This document shows positions 16,266-16,837 of a DNA stretch of 16,837 bases, in pieces; the first letter of the stretch is position 1; each line of letters starts with the position of its first letter. Source of the stretch: an uncultured archaeon. GTDB lineage: Archaea; Altiarchaeota; Altiarchaeia; IMC4; SCGC-AAA252-I15. The notes beneath the pieces are model-generated. The model was given only the letters and a program-made list of their open reading frames with translations, did no database searches and was not told where the DNA came from. The position numbers and the translations under genes were made by a program. The stretch is taken from the NCBI GenBank assembly GCA_902384455.1, contig CABMCB010000022.1, forward strand, positions 1 to 16,837, read 5' to 3'.

Positions 16266-16837
16266 ATGCACCGGCAACGCCAAAACGCCTCAGGCGAAGG
16301 CCCAAAGGAAATAGAGGAAGTCACCGTCACATCAACAACAGCCACATGGCGCGACGCATTCAACCACCTACTCCAACAATACCCAAACGAAATGATGGGC
16401 GCACTACTACTCACCGGAGACGAAAAAACACCCCACATCGTCGGATACGTACCCTTCCAACAATTCGGAAACAGCATGATATCACCAGGCCTACCCCAAA
16501 TAGGCGAAGAAGAAAGACGCCTTATGGGCGGCGACATAACCGGCGTAATTATAGTACACTCCCACCCAGACAACACACCCCCACACTACGGAGACATAAC
16601 AACCGTCGAATTAATGCTAGCCTCAACAATACCCACAAAAATACTCGGACACGCAACGATAGGGGGCGCCGGCGCGCGGCGGGGGGGGCGGGCCGGGGGG
16701 GGGGGGGGCGGGGGGGGCGGGCGCGCGGGGGCGGGGGGGAGCGCGGGCGGGGGAGCGGGGGGGGAAGAGAAGGGCGGCGCGGGCGTAGTCATCGCACAGT
16801 CGGCGAAAGCACGGGCGAGACTTAAATGCCACAAATT
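16266..16837 (+). CDS. JAB/MPN-like (RadC-like) domain protein, 3'-partial; sequence reliable only to about 16661
   Basis: Manual translation: MHRQRQNASGEGPKEIEEV...QQYPNEMMGALLL...VIIVHSHPDNTPPHYGDITTVELMLASTIPTKILGHATIG. No stop before the window end, which probably explains its absence from the ORF track. Uses the same A/C-ending codons as hel308. Confidence 0.65.
   Translation, partial: MHRQRQNASGEGPKEIEEVTVTSTTATWRDAFNHLLQQYPNEMMGALLLTGDEKTPHIVGYVPFQQFGNSMISPGLPQIGEEERRLMGGDITGVIIVHSHPDNTPPHYGDITTVELMLASTIPTKILGHATIGGAGARRGGRAGGGGGGGGGRAGAGGSAGGGAGGEEKGGAGVVIAQSAKARARLKCHK
16662..16785. other. G-rich low-complexity tract, probable sequencing/assembly artefact near the sequence end
   Basis: Abrupt switch from A/C-rich coding sequence to almost pure G/C with long G runs and no T, in the middle of an ORF. 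Confidence 0.7.

Noticed and set aside
2372-16283. Many long alternative-frame and antisense ORFs (e.g. 2372-3154, 14628-15314, 14991-15629, 15738-16283)
   Set aside because: They are shadows of well-supported genes, show no recognisable motifs, and are explained by the biased codon usage that depletes stop codons in other frames.
16346-16834. Track ORFs with poly-Gly/Arg or poly-Pro tails (16346-16825 +, 16586-16834 -, 16623-16832 -)
   Set aside because: They derive from the G-rich tract and from the wrong frame of the JAB-like gene.
1-16837. tRNA, rRNA, CRISPR array, IS element or integrase
   Set aside because: The window is almost fully coding with gaps of about 150 bp or less. I saw no regularly spaced repeats, cloverleaf-like sequence, terminal inverted repeats or transposase/integrase motifs.

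Overview
Archaeal-looking window: an archaeal-type Hel308 helicase, plus TATA-like boxes about 25-30 bp upstream of several start codons. Most of it is a surface-glycan biosynthesis locus. In order: 5'-truncated GDP-L-fucose synthase, a DUF4330-like membrane-anchored protein coupled to an O-antigen-ligase-like (Wzy_C) membrane protein, GT4(-), GT2(-), GT2(-), then a + strand module GT4/WecG-TagA/WecC/WecB, then GT2(-), GT4, GT4. After the locus come hel308 and a JAB/MPN-like ORF absent from the ORF track, which runs into a G-rich, probably artefactual contig end. Main observations: (1) two GT2 genes are indel-free direct repeats 5,169 bp apart, with near-identical blocks alternating with strongly diverged blocks, and they bracket the ManNAc(A) module; (2) WecC and WecB carry substitutions at normally conserved motif residues; (3) the + strand has a strong but patchy A+C bias that is not tied to gene orientation. 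All calls come from motif recognition by eye; no searches were run.
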